Assembly: GCA_041666325.1 (NCBI GenBank)
Contig: JBAYHC010000001.1
Span: 59,338-123,337 of the forward strand
Origin: Patescibacteria group bacterium
Lineage (GTDB): Bacteria > Patescibacteriota > UBA1384 > XYA2-FULL-43-10 > 1-14-0-10-43-13
Direction of reading: 5' to 3'
DNA: 64,000 nt
The notes beneath the pieces were generated by a model that did no database searches, was not told the origin of the DNA, and worked only from the letters and a program-made list of their open reading frames with translations. How positions within the stretch are numbered: position 1 is the first letter of the stretch; every line of letters starts with the position of its first letter. Positions 19,558 through 28,421 of the stretch are shown in pieces. The translations under genes were made by a program, and so were the position numbers.

Positions 19558-19627
19558 GCTAAAATCATTCGTAATTTTTTTCCCGGGTTCCAGCAAAAAA
19601 GTACCATGCAATTAGTCCTTTTTTGAA
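19558..19627 (+). repeat. intergenic repeat family B copy 2
   Basis: GCTAAAATCATTCGTAATTTTTTTCCCGGGTTCCAGCAAAAAAGTACCATGCA...TTTTTT; flanks the other side of the HTH/DUF2975 operon. Confidence 0.5.
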
Positions 19628-19659
19628 GTGGCAACATTGGGTGTGCCCCCAGCTATCGC

Positions 19660-19743
19660 TTGACTTCGTATTTTTGATCTGTTAAATTAAGCTGCTCTAA
19701 GCAGTTAGGATCTCGCGCCAACTTTTTGGAGGGAGCAATTTTG
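19660..19743 (+). promoter_or_regulatory. conserved promoter (TTGACT-N16-TTAAAT) plus conserved structured leader, copy 1 (upstream of NYN gene)
   Basis: cgcTTGACT...TTAAAT then conserved AGTTAGGATCTCGCGCCAACTTTTTGGAGGGAGCAATTTTG; 3 copies in window. Confidence 0.6.
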
Positions 19744-19858
19744 ATAAGTGCACTCTGTTCTCTGCTGAGCCAGGAAGTGGTACTATAAGAATAACACTTA
19801 GAGATCTTCGTACTCACACTTTAAATGATTAACGATCTCGCAAACCGCAAGGAGGTAA

Positions 19859-20611
19859 ATGGCATTTAGTTTTTTTATGAAAAGGAAGCCAGCAGAAGCA
19901 AAGTCGAAGCCGGCCAAAATACAGAATAAGCCTGCCCCAATCGAGGTAGCCCCGGCGCATTCACAATCCGTATCCCCGCCCGCAATTGGCAAGGCTGTCT
20001 ATGCATTCATAGATGCTTCGAATCTTTTTTGGGGCGGACAAGAAAGTCTGGGATTTCGGATTAACTATTCGTTGCTCATCGAGGGCATGCGCAAAAAGTA
20101 CAATGTCACGAAGGCATTTTATTATGGCGGAGTTCGTATCTTTGATTTTGAGTACTCTATTCTAGACAACAAACCCCTGGATTTGGCCGAGCTGATGGAT
20201 CACTTGCTTGCACTGAAGCAAAAATCAGAACCAGCAGAAGCAGAACTTGTCGAGAAATCGATCAAGAAAATTCATTTTTATCAATTGCTCGAGGGCTATG
20301 GTTACACCATGAGAATTAAGCCAGCCAAGGTTTTCTACGATGAGGACGACGAGAAACAGGAACGACCAATCCTCAAGGCTAACTGTGATGTTGATATGAC
20401 GTTCGATATGATGCGCTATATGTCTCAATACTCCGGCATTGTCGCCATGACTGGAGACGGTGATTTTGCTGCGGCACTCAATTACCTTAAGCACCAAAAC
20501 CGTCAAGTTACAGTCATCTCTCGATGGGATCGTACAGCAAAGGAAATTCGCCAGATTGGCGACGAGAGCTTTATCGACCTATCTCACTTCTACCGCCAAA
20601 TCCGTCACTAA
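19859..20611 (+). CDS. NYN/LabA-like (PIN-fold) domain protein
   Basis: 250 aa; NYN signatures AFIDASNLFWG and MTGDGDFAAAL; strong RBS aaggagg. Confidence 0.65.
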   Translation: MAFSFFMKRKPAEAKSKPAKIQNKPAPIEVAPAHSQSVSPPAIGKAVYAFIDASNLFWGGQESLGFRINYSLLIEGMRKKYNVTKAFYYGGVRIFDFEYSILDNKPLDLAELMDHLLALKQKSEPAEAELVEKSIKKIHFYQLLEGYGYTMRIKPAKVFYDEDDEKQERPILKANCDVDMTFDMMRYMSQYSGIVAMTGDGDFAAALNYLKHQNRQVTVISRWDRTAKEIRQIGDESFIDLSHFYRQIRH

Positions 20612-20649
20612 AGTATTTACAGCAGGTGCAGAACATCGCTTGACTATAC

Positions 20650-20734
20650 ATTTTTTTGATGGTAAATTTAGGTGCCATACGGCAGTTAAGACCTCGCGCC
20701 AGCTTTTGGGAAGAGGCAGTTTTGTGAAAATAGT
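20650..20734 (+). promoter_or_regulatory. conserved promoter (TTGACT-N17-TAAATT) plus leader motif, copy 2 (orphan; no downstream plus-strand CDS before terminator)
   Basis: Same -35/-10 and conserved AGTTAAGACCTCGCGCCAGCTTTTGGGAAGAGGCAGTTTTG; followed ~45 nt later by intrinsic terminator at 20778. Confidence 0.55.
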
Positions 20735-20777
20735 ACTACCAACTGATCCGACCAATCAATCAAAAACCTATTGCATC

Positions 20778-20808
20778 AAAAAAGAGCCTGCAAGCAGGCT
20801 CTTTTTTG
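20778..20808. terminator. bidirectional rho-independent terminator (GAGCCTGC..GCAGGCTC with A-run before and T-run after)
   Basis: Perfect inverted repeat flanked by AAAAAA / TTTTTT; serves minus-strand gene 20824..21195 and the plus-strand copy-2 transcript. Confidence 0.7.
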
Positions 20809-20823
20809 ATTGAGATATATTGA

Positions 20824-21195
20824 TTAGCCCTTAAATGGAGCTTTCAACGTTTCTTTGGCTTCCTCGAGACCCTTTTTGGCCGCATCGCCAATTGCCTCTA
20901 GCCCGGCCTCGCTGATATTGCCAATTGCTTGCTCTGCCTTAACCGTGACCTCACTGATGGCTTCCTCAGTTGTTTTACCGGACTCCTCTAGTGCCTTGAC
21001 TGCACCGACATAAACATCCTTAACACCAGAAGTAACATCTAGTACGCCCTCTTTGCCCAAGTCAATAACAGCACCAAAGACATCACCAACGTCCTCTGTT
21101 CCATCCTTAATCAATCCTGACACTGCACCAATCAAGCTTCCAGCCACTTCCCCAGTACCTTCAATGGTGGCTTTGAGTGTTTCCTTTAAGCCCAT
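20824..21195 (-). CDS. hypothetical low-complexity Ala/Gly/Glu/Lys-rich protein (amphipathic helical repeats)
   Basis: 123 aa ORF, repetitive ...GAVxxLxxxGxxxV... periodicity; terminator downstream. Confidence 0.45.
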   Translation of the reverse strand: MGLKETLKATIEGTGEVAGSLIGAVSGLIKDGTEDVGDVFGAVIDLGKEGVLDVTSGVKDVYVGAVKALEESGKTTEEAISEVTVKAEQAIGNISEAGLEAIGDAAKKGLEEAKETLKAPFKG

Positions 21196-21363
21196 CTCAC
21201 CTCCTAGATTAATAACTTCTTCAACTCTAACCTTAGCATCGCTGCGACTCGATGGTCAAGTTGCATTTTGCCCTCAACCCCCGACGTACTATGTTGGCGA
21301 GGAGTTATTTTGAGCAAATATCGCAAAAGCTGGACGAACAATATTGCCACCTCATCTGTACTC

Positions 21364-21451
21364 TCTTGACTCAAAATTTCCCAACTGTTAAATTTAGGCG
21401 CTCTCATAGTAGTTAAGACCTCGCGCCAACTTTTTGGAAGAGGCAATTTTG
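21364..21451 (+). promoter_or_regulatory. conserved promoter (TTGACT-N16-TTAAAT) plus leader motif, copy 3 (upstream of K+ channel gene)
   Basis: ctcTTGACT...TTAAAT then AGTTAAGACCTCGCGCCAACTTTTTGGAAGAGGCAATTTTG. Confidence 0.6.
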
Positions 21452-21520
21452 TAAAAGCTTGCCTTGGTCCAACCAAAGAATATAGAATATAGTTGAACTA
21501 ACAGTAAATATGAGGATACG

Positions 21521-21928
21521 ATGAAACGAAAATCCAGCTCAGTTATATTTATAACATTGTTTTTATCCGCCGTTTTGATTGGCGTTGGCGCCTGGTTCTT
21601 CAGACTCTCAGAGGGGTGGAACTGGATTGACTCATTTTACTTCACCGTGATGACAGTCACAACTGTTGGATATGGCGATCTGGTACCAACCCACGACTTT
21701 GGCAAAATTCTAACCTCGATCTATGGTCTAGTCTCCATACCGGTAATGCTCTATGTTTTTAGCGTAATTGTTGGAAATAATGTTGATTCTCGTATTGGTC
21801 ATCTTGAGCGTAAAATGAGAGAAATAATCGCCCGCGAAGAAGAGATCGAGGAAATTATCGAGGACGGCGCTGTAAACATGAAGAAAAAAAGAGCAAGCTT
21901 CTTCAGGCGTTTGCTCAGATTAGAGTAG
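21521..21928 (+). CDS. two-TM potassium channel (ion transport 2 / KcsA-like pore)
   Basis: 135 aa; selectivity filter TVGYGD in FYFTVMTVTTVGYGDLVP flanked by two TM helices. Confidence 0.8.
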   Translation: MKRKSSSVIFITLFLSAVLIGVGAWFFRLSEGWNWIDSFYFTVMTVTTVGYGDLVPTHDFGKILTSIYGLVSIPVMLYVFSVIVGNNVDSRIGHLERKMREIIAREEEIEEIIEDGAVNMKKKRASFFRRLLRLE

Positions 21929-22050
21929 AGCGCCAGCGTCAATACATGTTCTCTTATCGCTCGACCAGTCGATCATTTTTTTGTCCTAGGGCTCTCGCCG
22001 ATTTCGATATCGCACCAGTCCAGAGTCACTGACGATGCAGCCAAAACAAA

Positions 22051-22085
22051 AAGTCCCATGCTCTACCAAGCAAGGGACTTTTTCT
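22051..22085 (+). terminator. rho-independent terminator (AAGTCCC...GGGACTT + T6)
   Basis: 7-bp stem, T-run; ~120 nt downstream of K+ channel stop. Confidence 0.55.
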
Positions 22086-22518
22086 CTGCAACCTTAGCAC
22101 TTCGCACTCTGCACGCTATGGCGCCATACACACTTCACGTCGAGAAGGCCTAGTAGTGCCTCTTCTTTCGAATACTCATACCTTTTCCCCAGAGAAAGGG
22201 ACCCCAAGCAAGGTATGTGCCAGACCGCTCCTTATTCAATGTAAAAACTTAAGGCTAATCGCTGGCAAGGTACTAGAGAGTCACGTATCATGGTCCTCGA
22301 TCCCTCCATTTATCCGCTCTCCCATCGAGGGGGTTATTTGTATTTTATAGTAATGTCGAATCGCCGTCAACAACACTTTCAAGATTTAGACAGAATAACT
22401 GGGGATAACTCATCACATTCAGAGCCACAAATAGTAATTCGATTGAAATATGTTAATTCCGGCGCAACCAAATCGTCGTCTCTTTTATGTGGTCAATCTA
22501 TAAGCGTATAGTTAGATT

Positions 22519-23001
22519 ATGCAAACAACCGAAAAGCAAGCAACAGACGTTGATGTAATACTCAATCGATTCATCGCACAACAGGAGGGCGGCACTGGTG
22601 CCAACTTGGCCGAGGTACCAAACGAGAAGTTTTTGCATGGCTACTCAATGGGTGCCCTTACCTATAGCGCAGTGTATTTTTTTGCCATGAGTGACTCATT
22701 TTTCTCATGGCTAAGCATTATTTCTGCGCTCGTTTTCTTCCCTGCTCTGCTTATTCTTCCGTTTTTTGCCAGAAGAAGGGCTTGGCAAAATCACCATTGG
22801 CAGAGCTACACTGAATTTGAACACACCCAAAAATCTTGGGATCGTGCTGGCTGGTACGGATTAATCACAACATTCGCTCTTCTCTACTTCGCCTATCGAT
22901 TTGCTTACGCACCGGTTCTTCGCTCTTTCCTTCCTGACGGAAAAGACCAGCTGGAGCAGACAAAACAAGAGTTACAAGATTTACAAGAGTTACTAGACTA
23001 A
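22519..23001 (+). CDS. hypothetical membrane protein
   Basis: 160 aa, 3-4 hydrophobic helices, C-terminal coiled-coil-like QLEQTKQELQDLQELL. Confidence 0.45.
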   Translation: MQTTEKQATDVDVILNRFIAQQEGGTGANLAEVPNEKFLHGYSMGALTYSAVYFFAMSDSFFSWLSIISALVFFPALLILPFFARRRAWQNHHWQSYTEFEHTQKSWDRAGWYGLITTFALLYFAYRFAYAPVLRSFLPDGKDQLEQTKQELQDLQELLD

Positions 23002-23137
23002 CAGCCCCCTCAAACCAATACACTGGAGCATGATGGCGCATGGCCTGCTCCACTTCATTAAATATTGGCGGGGCAACCTTTCTCGGTGTAGAGTCTGTTT
23101 TTGATGTGCTCTCAAATTATAAGTAAGCAGAAGGACC

Positions 23138-23887
23138 ATGAGAGATAGCGGCCTGGGTATTATTTTTTGTCCTATTGTGAGATATACTATCTCTGACAAA
23201 GCAATGATTCATACATACGAGGCAGAAAAAGAGTTATTTGTGTATATCGAGGGCGAGACTAAAATTTTTAGGCCCAATTTTCACATGTTCTCATTTGAGA
23301 ATACAACAGACCAGCCGGTGCAATTACTTCAATCCCTAGGCAGGTCATATCTCGTTGTTGTCTTCGACCCAGACCGCCACACCATGAACAACGAAGAGTC
23401 TTGGTGGCAGGACAATTCGATCGATGGCAAGGTTGGCTATTTTCGTTCGAGTGCCAGCGAGGCAATTGGCCACTACCAGCGGCTGGCAGACAACCTGGAA
23501 CGAGCCATTGTTATTTTTGATGATGACAACGTGGACGAACCCGAAAAACTTACTCCGCACCAGATGATCAAGAAATCAAAACTCATACTCTTCTCCAAGA
23601 TTGAAGACGAGAGCCATGACAGTGGTTGGCTAGTGATATTTGGTAAAATTTCGCGGGCGGAGTTCGATCAGAGAATCGACACGTTAAATCAAAGACTCAG
23701 ATCAGCCATACAAAAAAGACGCGCTGCCGGAGAGGACAAGCTCTCGTGGAGCGAGCGAGTAATCGTCACGTTAAGTCCATTATGGATAATACTAATAGTG
23801 CTTCTTGTAATCGTTATTATCCCCTTCTTACTATTATCGCTTGCACTTAGCTCGATACCCAACTTTATTAAGAAAATAAGGCAGTAG
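23138..23887 (+). CDS. hypothetical protein with C-terminal TM anchor
   Basis: 249 aa ORF; C-terminal hydrophobic helix LWIILIVLLVIVIIPFLLLSLAL; start uncertain. Confidence 0.4.
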   Translation: MRDSGLGIIFCPIVRYTISDKAMIHTYEAEKELFVYIEGETKIFRPNFHMFSFENTTDQPVQLLQSLGRSYLVVVFDPDRHTMNNEESWWQDNSIDGKVGYFRSSASEAIGHYQRLADNLERAIVIFDDDNVDEPEKLTPHQMIKKSKLILFSKIEDESHDSGWLVIFGKISRAEFDQRIDTLNQRLRSAIQKRRAAGEDKLSWSERVIVTLSPLWIILIVLLVIVIIPFLLLSLALSSIPNFIKKIRQ

Positions 23888-23892
23888 CTACT

Positions 23893-24534
23893 ATGACAAC
23901 TATCGTACTCGGTACATCAAATCCGGCCAAAGTAAGGCTGATAGCCGGAGCCCTGGCAGGTGACGGTATTCACGTTCGCCCAATTAGCGATTTTGGTGAT
24001 ATCCCCGAAGTTGAAGAGGATGGCAAAACAGCCAAAGAGAATGCTCTCAAAAAAGCTCTTTCCTACGCTGATACAATTGATCAGCCAGTGTTCTCGATGG
24101 ATAGCGGACTATATTTTAGAAACGTGCCAGAGAACGAACAGCCTGGTCTCCATGTCAGACGGATCCCAGGAGAAAGTGTGCGACCATCTGATGATGAGAT
24201 GCTCAAATACTACACTCGGCTAGTCAAAAAGCACGGTGGCAAGATCGTTGGTTACTGGACCTACGCCGTTGCCAGAGCTCTGCCAGACGGTAGAGCAAAG
24301 GCCATAGAGCGTGTGTCTCCTGACCGCCATTTTTTAGCCGAGATCAGCCACGTCAAGATTCCGGGTAATCCGTTGCACTCGATACAGTTTGACCCAAAAA
24401 GCGGCAAGTTTCTGTCTGAGCTAGTGGAGGAAAACGAAGCTCTCTGGCGCGAGAGTGTTGGCACTATGATCAAAGAGTTGCTCAAGACAATGAGTTTATC
24501 GTCTGAACAAAGAAGGGAGAAACACCATGAATAA
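23893..24534 (+). CDS. putative non-canonical NTP pyrophosphatase (Ham1/ITPase-like fold)
   Basis: 213 aa; N-terminal IVLGTSNPAKV resembles Ham1 FVTGNxxK motif, mid-region SMDSGLYF resembles EDTxLxF; tentative. Confidence 0.4.
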   Translation: MTTIVLGTSNPAKVRLIAGALAGDGIHVRPISDFGDIPEVEEDGKTAKENALKKALSYADTIDQPVFSMDSGLYFRNVPENEQPGLHVRRIPGESVRPSDDEMLKYYTRLVKKHGGKIVGYWTYAVARALPDGRAKAIERVSPDRHFLAEISHVKIPGNPLHSIQFDPKSGKFLSELVEENEALWRESVGTMIKELLKTMSLSSEQRREKHHE

Positions 24535-24934
24535 CCCCGAAGCCAGACACCCGGAACAGCTAGATCGAATGAGTGCGATTGAGACCTTTAGGTTTGTGCA
24601 AGATCAAATTGGAAATTGTTTTATGGCTTTTCAAGGCCCGATGCTTCGTCTGTCGCTACCTCAGTACGAAGGGGACAAAGCTGCTAGCGTTGCTAGGCTA
24701 CAGGCAAGTGCTGAATTGTTGCTTGCTCGGATAGATTCCGCTATCGAAAAATTCGGCACATCTGGTGCACCCGCCGGCAATGTAAATCTCGATAATCTGA
24801 ACGCACTACGACAGGGAGCGGAAGCACTGAAAGCGAGCTTTGATAGCGGCGTGATTGACCAAGAACTGTTTAACCAGACTGAATCAATCTACACATCGAT
24901 GATCGAGTTGACTGATGGAAAATCAAAAATCTAG
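24527..24934 (+). CDS. hypothetical protein
   Basis: 135 aa ORF overlapping neighbours by a few nt (operonic). Confidence 0.4.
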   Translation: MNNPEARHPEQLDRMSAIETFRFVQDQIGNCFMAFQGPMLRLSLPQYEGDKAASVARLQASAELLLARIDSAIEKFGTSGAPAGNVNLDNLNALRQGAEALKASFDSGVIDQELFNQTESIYTSMIELTDGKSKI

Positions 24935-25529
24935 AGACAAAAAATTATTGTTAATCAAACAATCTGGTCTTGTGCTGGTGTCGGTTTTCTTTTTCCTATA
25001 TGCCTTCACGGCGACTTCGATTTATCTTTTCAGCAGAGGCAACCGAGAATGCGAAGCTGATACTGCCGTTGTCCTTGGTTCTGCCGTTTTCGGCAATGTG
25101 CCCTCCCCTGTTTTTGAGGAGCGGATCAACCATGCCATAAATCTTTACAATGAGGGCAAAGTCAGGAAAATCATCTTTACTGGCGGGAGAGCAGAAGAGG
25201 ACAGCCTATCCGAGGCGGAGGCAGCCAGGGATTACGCATTGGCCAGAGGTGTTGGAATCGAGAATATCTTGATTGAGACTGAGTCTTGGACAACTTACAG
25301 CAATCTGAGCAATACTAAGAAAATCGTTGAGACAGAAAATTTGGGTAAAGTGATGATAATTAGTGATCCGCTGCATATCAAACGCGCGGAGATGATGGCT
25401 GAAGGTCTCGACATCGATGCTTGCACTTCGGGTACGCCAACAACCAGATTTCGCACCGCATCAACCATTATCCCCTTCCTGATACGTGAAACGCACCTCT
25501 ATCTCCAGCACTATCTCATTAAGATTTAG
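24915..25529 (+). CDS. YdcF/ElyC/SanA-family (DUF218) protein
   Basis: 204 aa; N-terminal TM, DUF218 core AVVLGSAVFGNVPSPVFEERINHAINLYNEGKVRKIIFTGG. Confidence 0.6.
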   Translation: MENQKSRDKKLLLIKQSGLVLVSVFFFLYAFTATSIYLFSRGNRECEADTAVVLGSAVFGNVPSPVFEERINHAINLYNEGKVRKIIFTGGRAEEDSLSEAEAARDYALARGVGIENILIETESWTTYSNLSNTKKIVETENLGKVMIISDPLHIKRAEMMAEGLDIDACTSGTPTTRFRTASTIIPFLIRETHLYLQHYLIKI

Positions 25530-25580
25530 TTAAAAATCGTCTGGAGAAGCCATAATCCATGGCAAGATCAGCTACCTCTC

Positions 25581-25609
25581 TTGACAACAGTAAAAATCTA
25601 TGATATAGT
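25581..25609 (+). promoter_or_regulatory. sigma70-like promoter TTGACA-N17-TATAGT heading a ~310-nt leader of the DEAD-box helicase
   Basis: Consensus -35 and near-consensus -10 with 17-nt spacer; long structured leader follows (e.g. imperfect inverted repeat GGTTCCAGCCACTGGTCTGGAGCC). Confidence 0.55.
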
Positions 25610-25922
25610 GGATGCACTTAAGAATTAGCACTCGATTTTTAAGTTCGACTCGTTGCTTTTGCAACGTATGCACGATCTCAAATACTCACCAAATATTTTG
25701 GCATTACTATAGCCAAAGGGAGAGTCAACTAAAGAGACGACAGGTGACGAGTCGGTTCCAGCCACTGGTCTGGAGCCACATGATGTAACGAAATTGTTCT
25801 ATAGATTTCCGAAGGTAATTAATATTCGAACTGATCCCTCAACAGGAGCAGGACAGGTCTATACAGCAAATTCGATCTTATTAATTATCTTTTGGCGCTT
25901 TTTAAGTGCCCGGAAAGTAGAA

Positions 25923-27140
25923 ATGCAAAATACACGAAATGCTAACAGATTTAGCAGAAACAAATTTAGAAGCACGAGCTCTTCAAGTTTTCGTCCTCAA
26001 AATAGAAACAGAAATGTCTCAAAGAAATTTCGCGGCGAAGCTATCGATCCATCCCGTTTTATCAAAAAGGCTGTCAATACGCCCGAGACCATGATCGAAA
26101 TCACCAACGCTTTCGCTGACTTTGATCTCGTTCCAGAGCTTCAAGTTAACCTCAAGAAACGAAACTACAAAACACCCACACCGATCCAAGATCAGGCAAT
26201 CAAGCCAATTCTGGATGGTCGTGACCTCATTGGTCTTGCCAACACTGGTACCGGTAAAACGGCCGCCTTTCTTTTGCCGTTGATCAATAAAGTTTTCAAG
26301 AAAAAATCAGAACGTGTCCTGATTATCGCTCCAACACGCGAATTGGCCCAGCAAATTGAGACAGAATTTAGAGAGTTCTCATGGTCAATGAAGATCTTTT
26401 CAACTGCTTGTGTTGGCGGATTGCCAATCTACAAACAGATGTCTATGCTGCGCTCTAATCCAGGTTTTGTTATCGGCACCCCTGGTCGACTCAAAGATTT
26501 GAGCGAACGCGGCGCAATAAAATTTAGTTCATTTAGCAATATCGTTCTCGATGAGGTCGACCGCATGCTTGACATGGGATTCGTTGAAGAAATTACAAAC
26601 ATTTTGAATCAATTGCCTGAGAACAAACAATCCCTTTTCTTTTCAGCCACCATGCCAGTTAAGATTAAGGACCTTGTTAGGTTGTTCATGAAGGACCCGG
26701 TTATTGTCGAGGTCAAATCTGCTGAAACAGCAGCCAACGTCGATCAAGATATCGTCAAGTTCCGTGGTCAAGATGGTAAATTCAATCAGCTCAAAGACCT
26801 CTTGTCCAAACCTGAGCTCAAGAAGGTGTTGATTTTTAGCGAGACAAAGAGAGATGTTGAGCGTTTGACCGAGGACCTTATCCGCAAAGGCTTTTCTGCT
26901 GAATCCATTCACGGAGACAAAAAACAACACCAAAGACAGCGCGCCCTGTTGGGCTTTCGCAATAACGCTATCAATATCCTTATCGCTACTGATGTTGCAG
27001 CCAGAGGGCTTGATATCAAGGACGTCACACACGTCATCAATTATACCGTTCCGCAAACCTATAATGACTACGTCCACCGAATTGGCAGAACCGGTCGCGG
27101 TGACGCAAAGGGCATGGCCCTCACCTTCATCGAAGCCTAA
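25923..27140 (+). CDS. DEAD-box ATP-dependent RNA helicase
   Basis: Q-motif/TPTPIQ, Walker A ANTGTGKT, DEVD (motif II), SAT, HRIGRTGR (motif VI); start moved to MQNTRN (25923) since the annotated 5' extension is hydrophobic read-through. Confidence 0.85.
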   Translation: MQNTRNANRFSRNKFRSTSSSSFRPQNRNRNVSKKFRGEAIDPSRFIKKAVNTPETMIEITNAFADFDLVPELQVNLKKRNYKTPTPIQDQAIKPILDGRDLIGLANTGTGKTAAFLLPLINKVFKKKSERVLIIAPTRELAQQIETEFREFSWSMKIFSTACVGGLPIYKQMSMLRSNPGFVIGTPGRLKDLSERGAIKFSSFSNIVLDEVDRMLDMGFVEEITNILNQLPENKQSLFFSATMPVKIKDLVRLFMKDPVIVEVKSAETAANVDQDIVKFRGQDGKFNQLKDLLSKPELKKVLIFSETKRDVERLTEDLIRKGFSAESIHGDKKQHQRQRALLGFRNNAINILIATDVAARGLDIKDVTHVINYTVPQTYNDYVHRIGRTGRGDAKGMALTFIEA

Positions 27141-27249
27141 ACGAACTCATAACAATGTACTCATCTAGTTATCTCTTTCTGTGTCAACAGATCTAATTTT
27201 GTGCTATAATTGTAACAAATTTAGATCGCAATTATCAGAAAGGAAAACT

Positions 27250-27588
27250 ATGGCTTCACCAAAGGTGCGAATTGACTTCACTCCAAGTTGGTTTGGCGAG
27301 GAAGACGCAGAAACAAAGATCAGAGAGTTGCTCTCCGAGCTTGGCATCGAGACTGAGGAGGTCCGCGCAATCAGATATCCAGACACAGGCAAGTACAAAG
27401 GTGAACTTTATATAACTTTGCCAGAAAAAGCAGACGCGGATGAGACTGCCGAACTTCTAAACGGCCAAGAGATCATCGAGGGTCACAGACTGGTAGCTCG
27501 ACCTGCCACGTTCAAGCCGGCAGCAGAAAGTGCAGACGAATTAGGTAATGATGGACAACCCCCCGAGGGCAGTTTGCCCAGAATGTAG
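27250..27588 (+). CDS. putative RNA-binding protein (RRM-like)
   Basis: ~112 aa from MASPKV (RBS aggaaa); beta-alpha-beta layout with GELYITL and ARPA segments; follows DEAD-box helicase. Confidence 0.45.
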   Translation: MASPKVRIDFTPSWFGEEDAETKIRELLSELGIETEEVRAIRYPDTGKYKGELYITLPEKADADETAELLNGQEIIEGHRLVARPATFKPAAESADELGNDGQPPEGSLPRM

Positions 27589-27663
27589 ATTAATCCGAAA
27601 CAACTAGTCCGGATACTGGGCTGGTTTTTGTGTATTCGAATCGATAGCCATGGATCGTGTCAC

Positions 27664-27700
27664 AACTAGATATAAAAAGGCCGCGGGGTGGAGCCCCGCG
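27664..27700 (-). terminator. rho-independent terminator (GCCGCGGGG..CCCCGCGGC, 9-bp stem, T-run on minus strand)
   Basis: Perfect GC stem with loop CTCCA; followed (minus strand) by TTTTTAT. Confidence 0.6.
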
Positions 27701-27712
27701 GCACGTGGTGCA

Positions 27713-27808
27713 TCACTGAATGCCATAGTACTGGCACACAGCGACGGTGGTCAGAATCAGTGCGCCCAATCCGGCGCACAAATAGGCGAATACGTCGCCC
27801 TCATCCAT
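27713..27808 (-). CDS. possible small hydrophobic peptide (31 aa, MDEGDVFAYLCAGLGALILTTVAVCQYYGIQ)
   Basis: ATG preceded by gagagg, single TM-like core, immediately followed by the strong terminator at 27664..27700; not in ORF track (<60 aa). Confidence 0.3.
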   Translation of the reverse strand: MDEGDVFAYLCAGLGALILTTVAVCQYYGIQ

Positions 27809-27944
27809 ACCTCTCGACTTGAGCCAATCACGAAACTTACTGTCTCTGTTGTTTAGCCATTCGAACACAGACGCACCTCTTTCTGTTTGTAATAACGATT
27901 CTTATTATACCACATATCAAATAATATTGCAATAGCCGGAGCAA

Positions 27945-28415
27945 ATGATGAATTTAGACCAACTAGAACAATTTATTTACGAGAGTTCAGCGAGGGGCTA
28001 TGCTTCCGACAATAAGAATGAGCGAATCATGGAAGAGGATGGATCCACAACTATTGTCTACTCCAGAGACGACTGGCGCTCTCATGATAATTATTTTGGC
28101 GGAGAACCATACGGGGGCAGAACGGTTATTTTTTACAAGGACAAACCGGTTTGGATTATGGTCTACTATGGTGCGGTTGTAGAGAACATTAACCCAACTG
28201 ATATCTATGGTTTTCTGCAGAAAGCACTTCGCAGCACGCCGCCGGGTCACATATTTCGAGGACCCAAAGAATTCTGCCATGATGCTTTAGTTTATAAAAA
28301 TATTTGGCAAGGCGATACAAAATCTTACAGCGGCGAGGAAATAATCGAAAAAGAGGGTGAGAAAGTTTTTTACACCAAGTATTCGGGTGGTTTTGTCGAT
28401 ACTAGGAAGGACTAG
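27945..28415 (+). CDS. hypothetical protein
   Basis: 156 aa soluble ORF; no recognisable catalytic motif. Confidence 0.45.
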   Translation: MMNLDQLEQFIYESSARGYASDNKNERIMEEDGSTTIVYSRDDWRSHDNYFGGEPYGGRTVIFYKDKPVWIMVYYGAVVENINPTDIYGFLQKALRSTPPGHIFRGPKEFCHDALVYKNIWQGDTKSYSGEEIIEKEGEKVFYTKYSGGFVDTRKD

Positions 28416-28421
28416 GTAATT

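Noticed and set aside
20460-20813. Plus-strand ORF 117 aa overlapping the NYN gene end and running through the terminator
   Set aside because: Starts inside the NYN CDS in another frame, covers the conserved promoter/leader element and a perfect terminator hairpin; more parsimonious as non-coding.
21929-22518. Long ~590-nt gap after the K+ channel gene as a possible RNase P/tmRNA/SRP RNA locus
   Set aside because: I could not find the conserved RNase P (GGAAAGUCCGG), tmRNA (tRNA-Ala-like ends) or SRP domain-IV motifs by eye; only a terminator at 22051..22085 is supportable. Still worth an Rfam scan.
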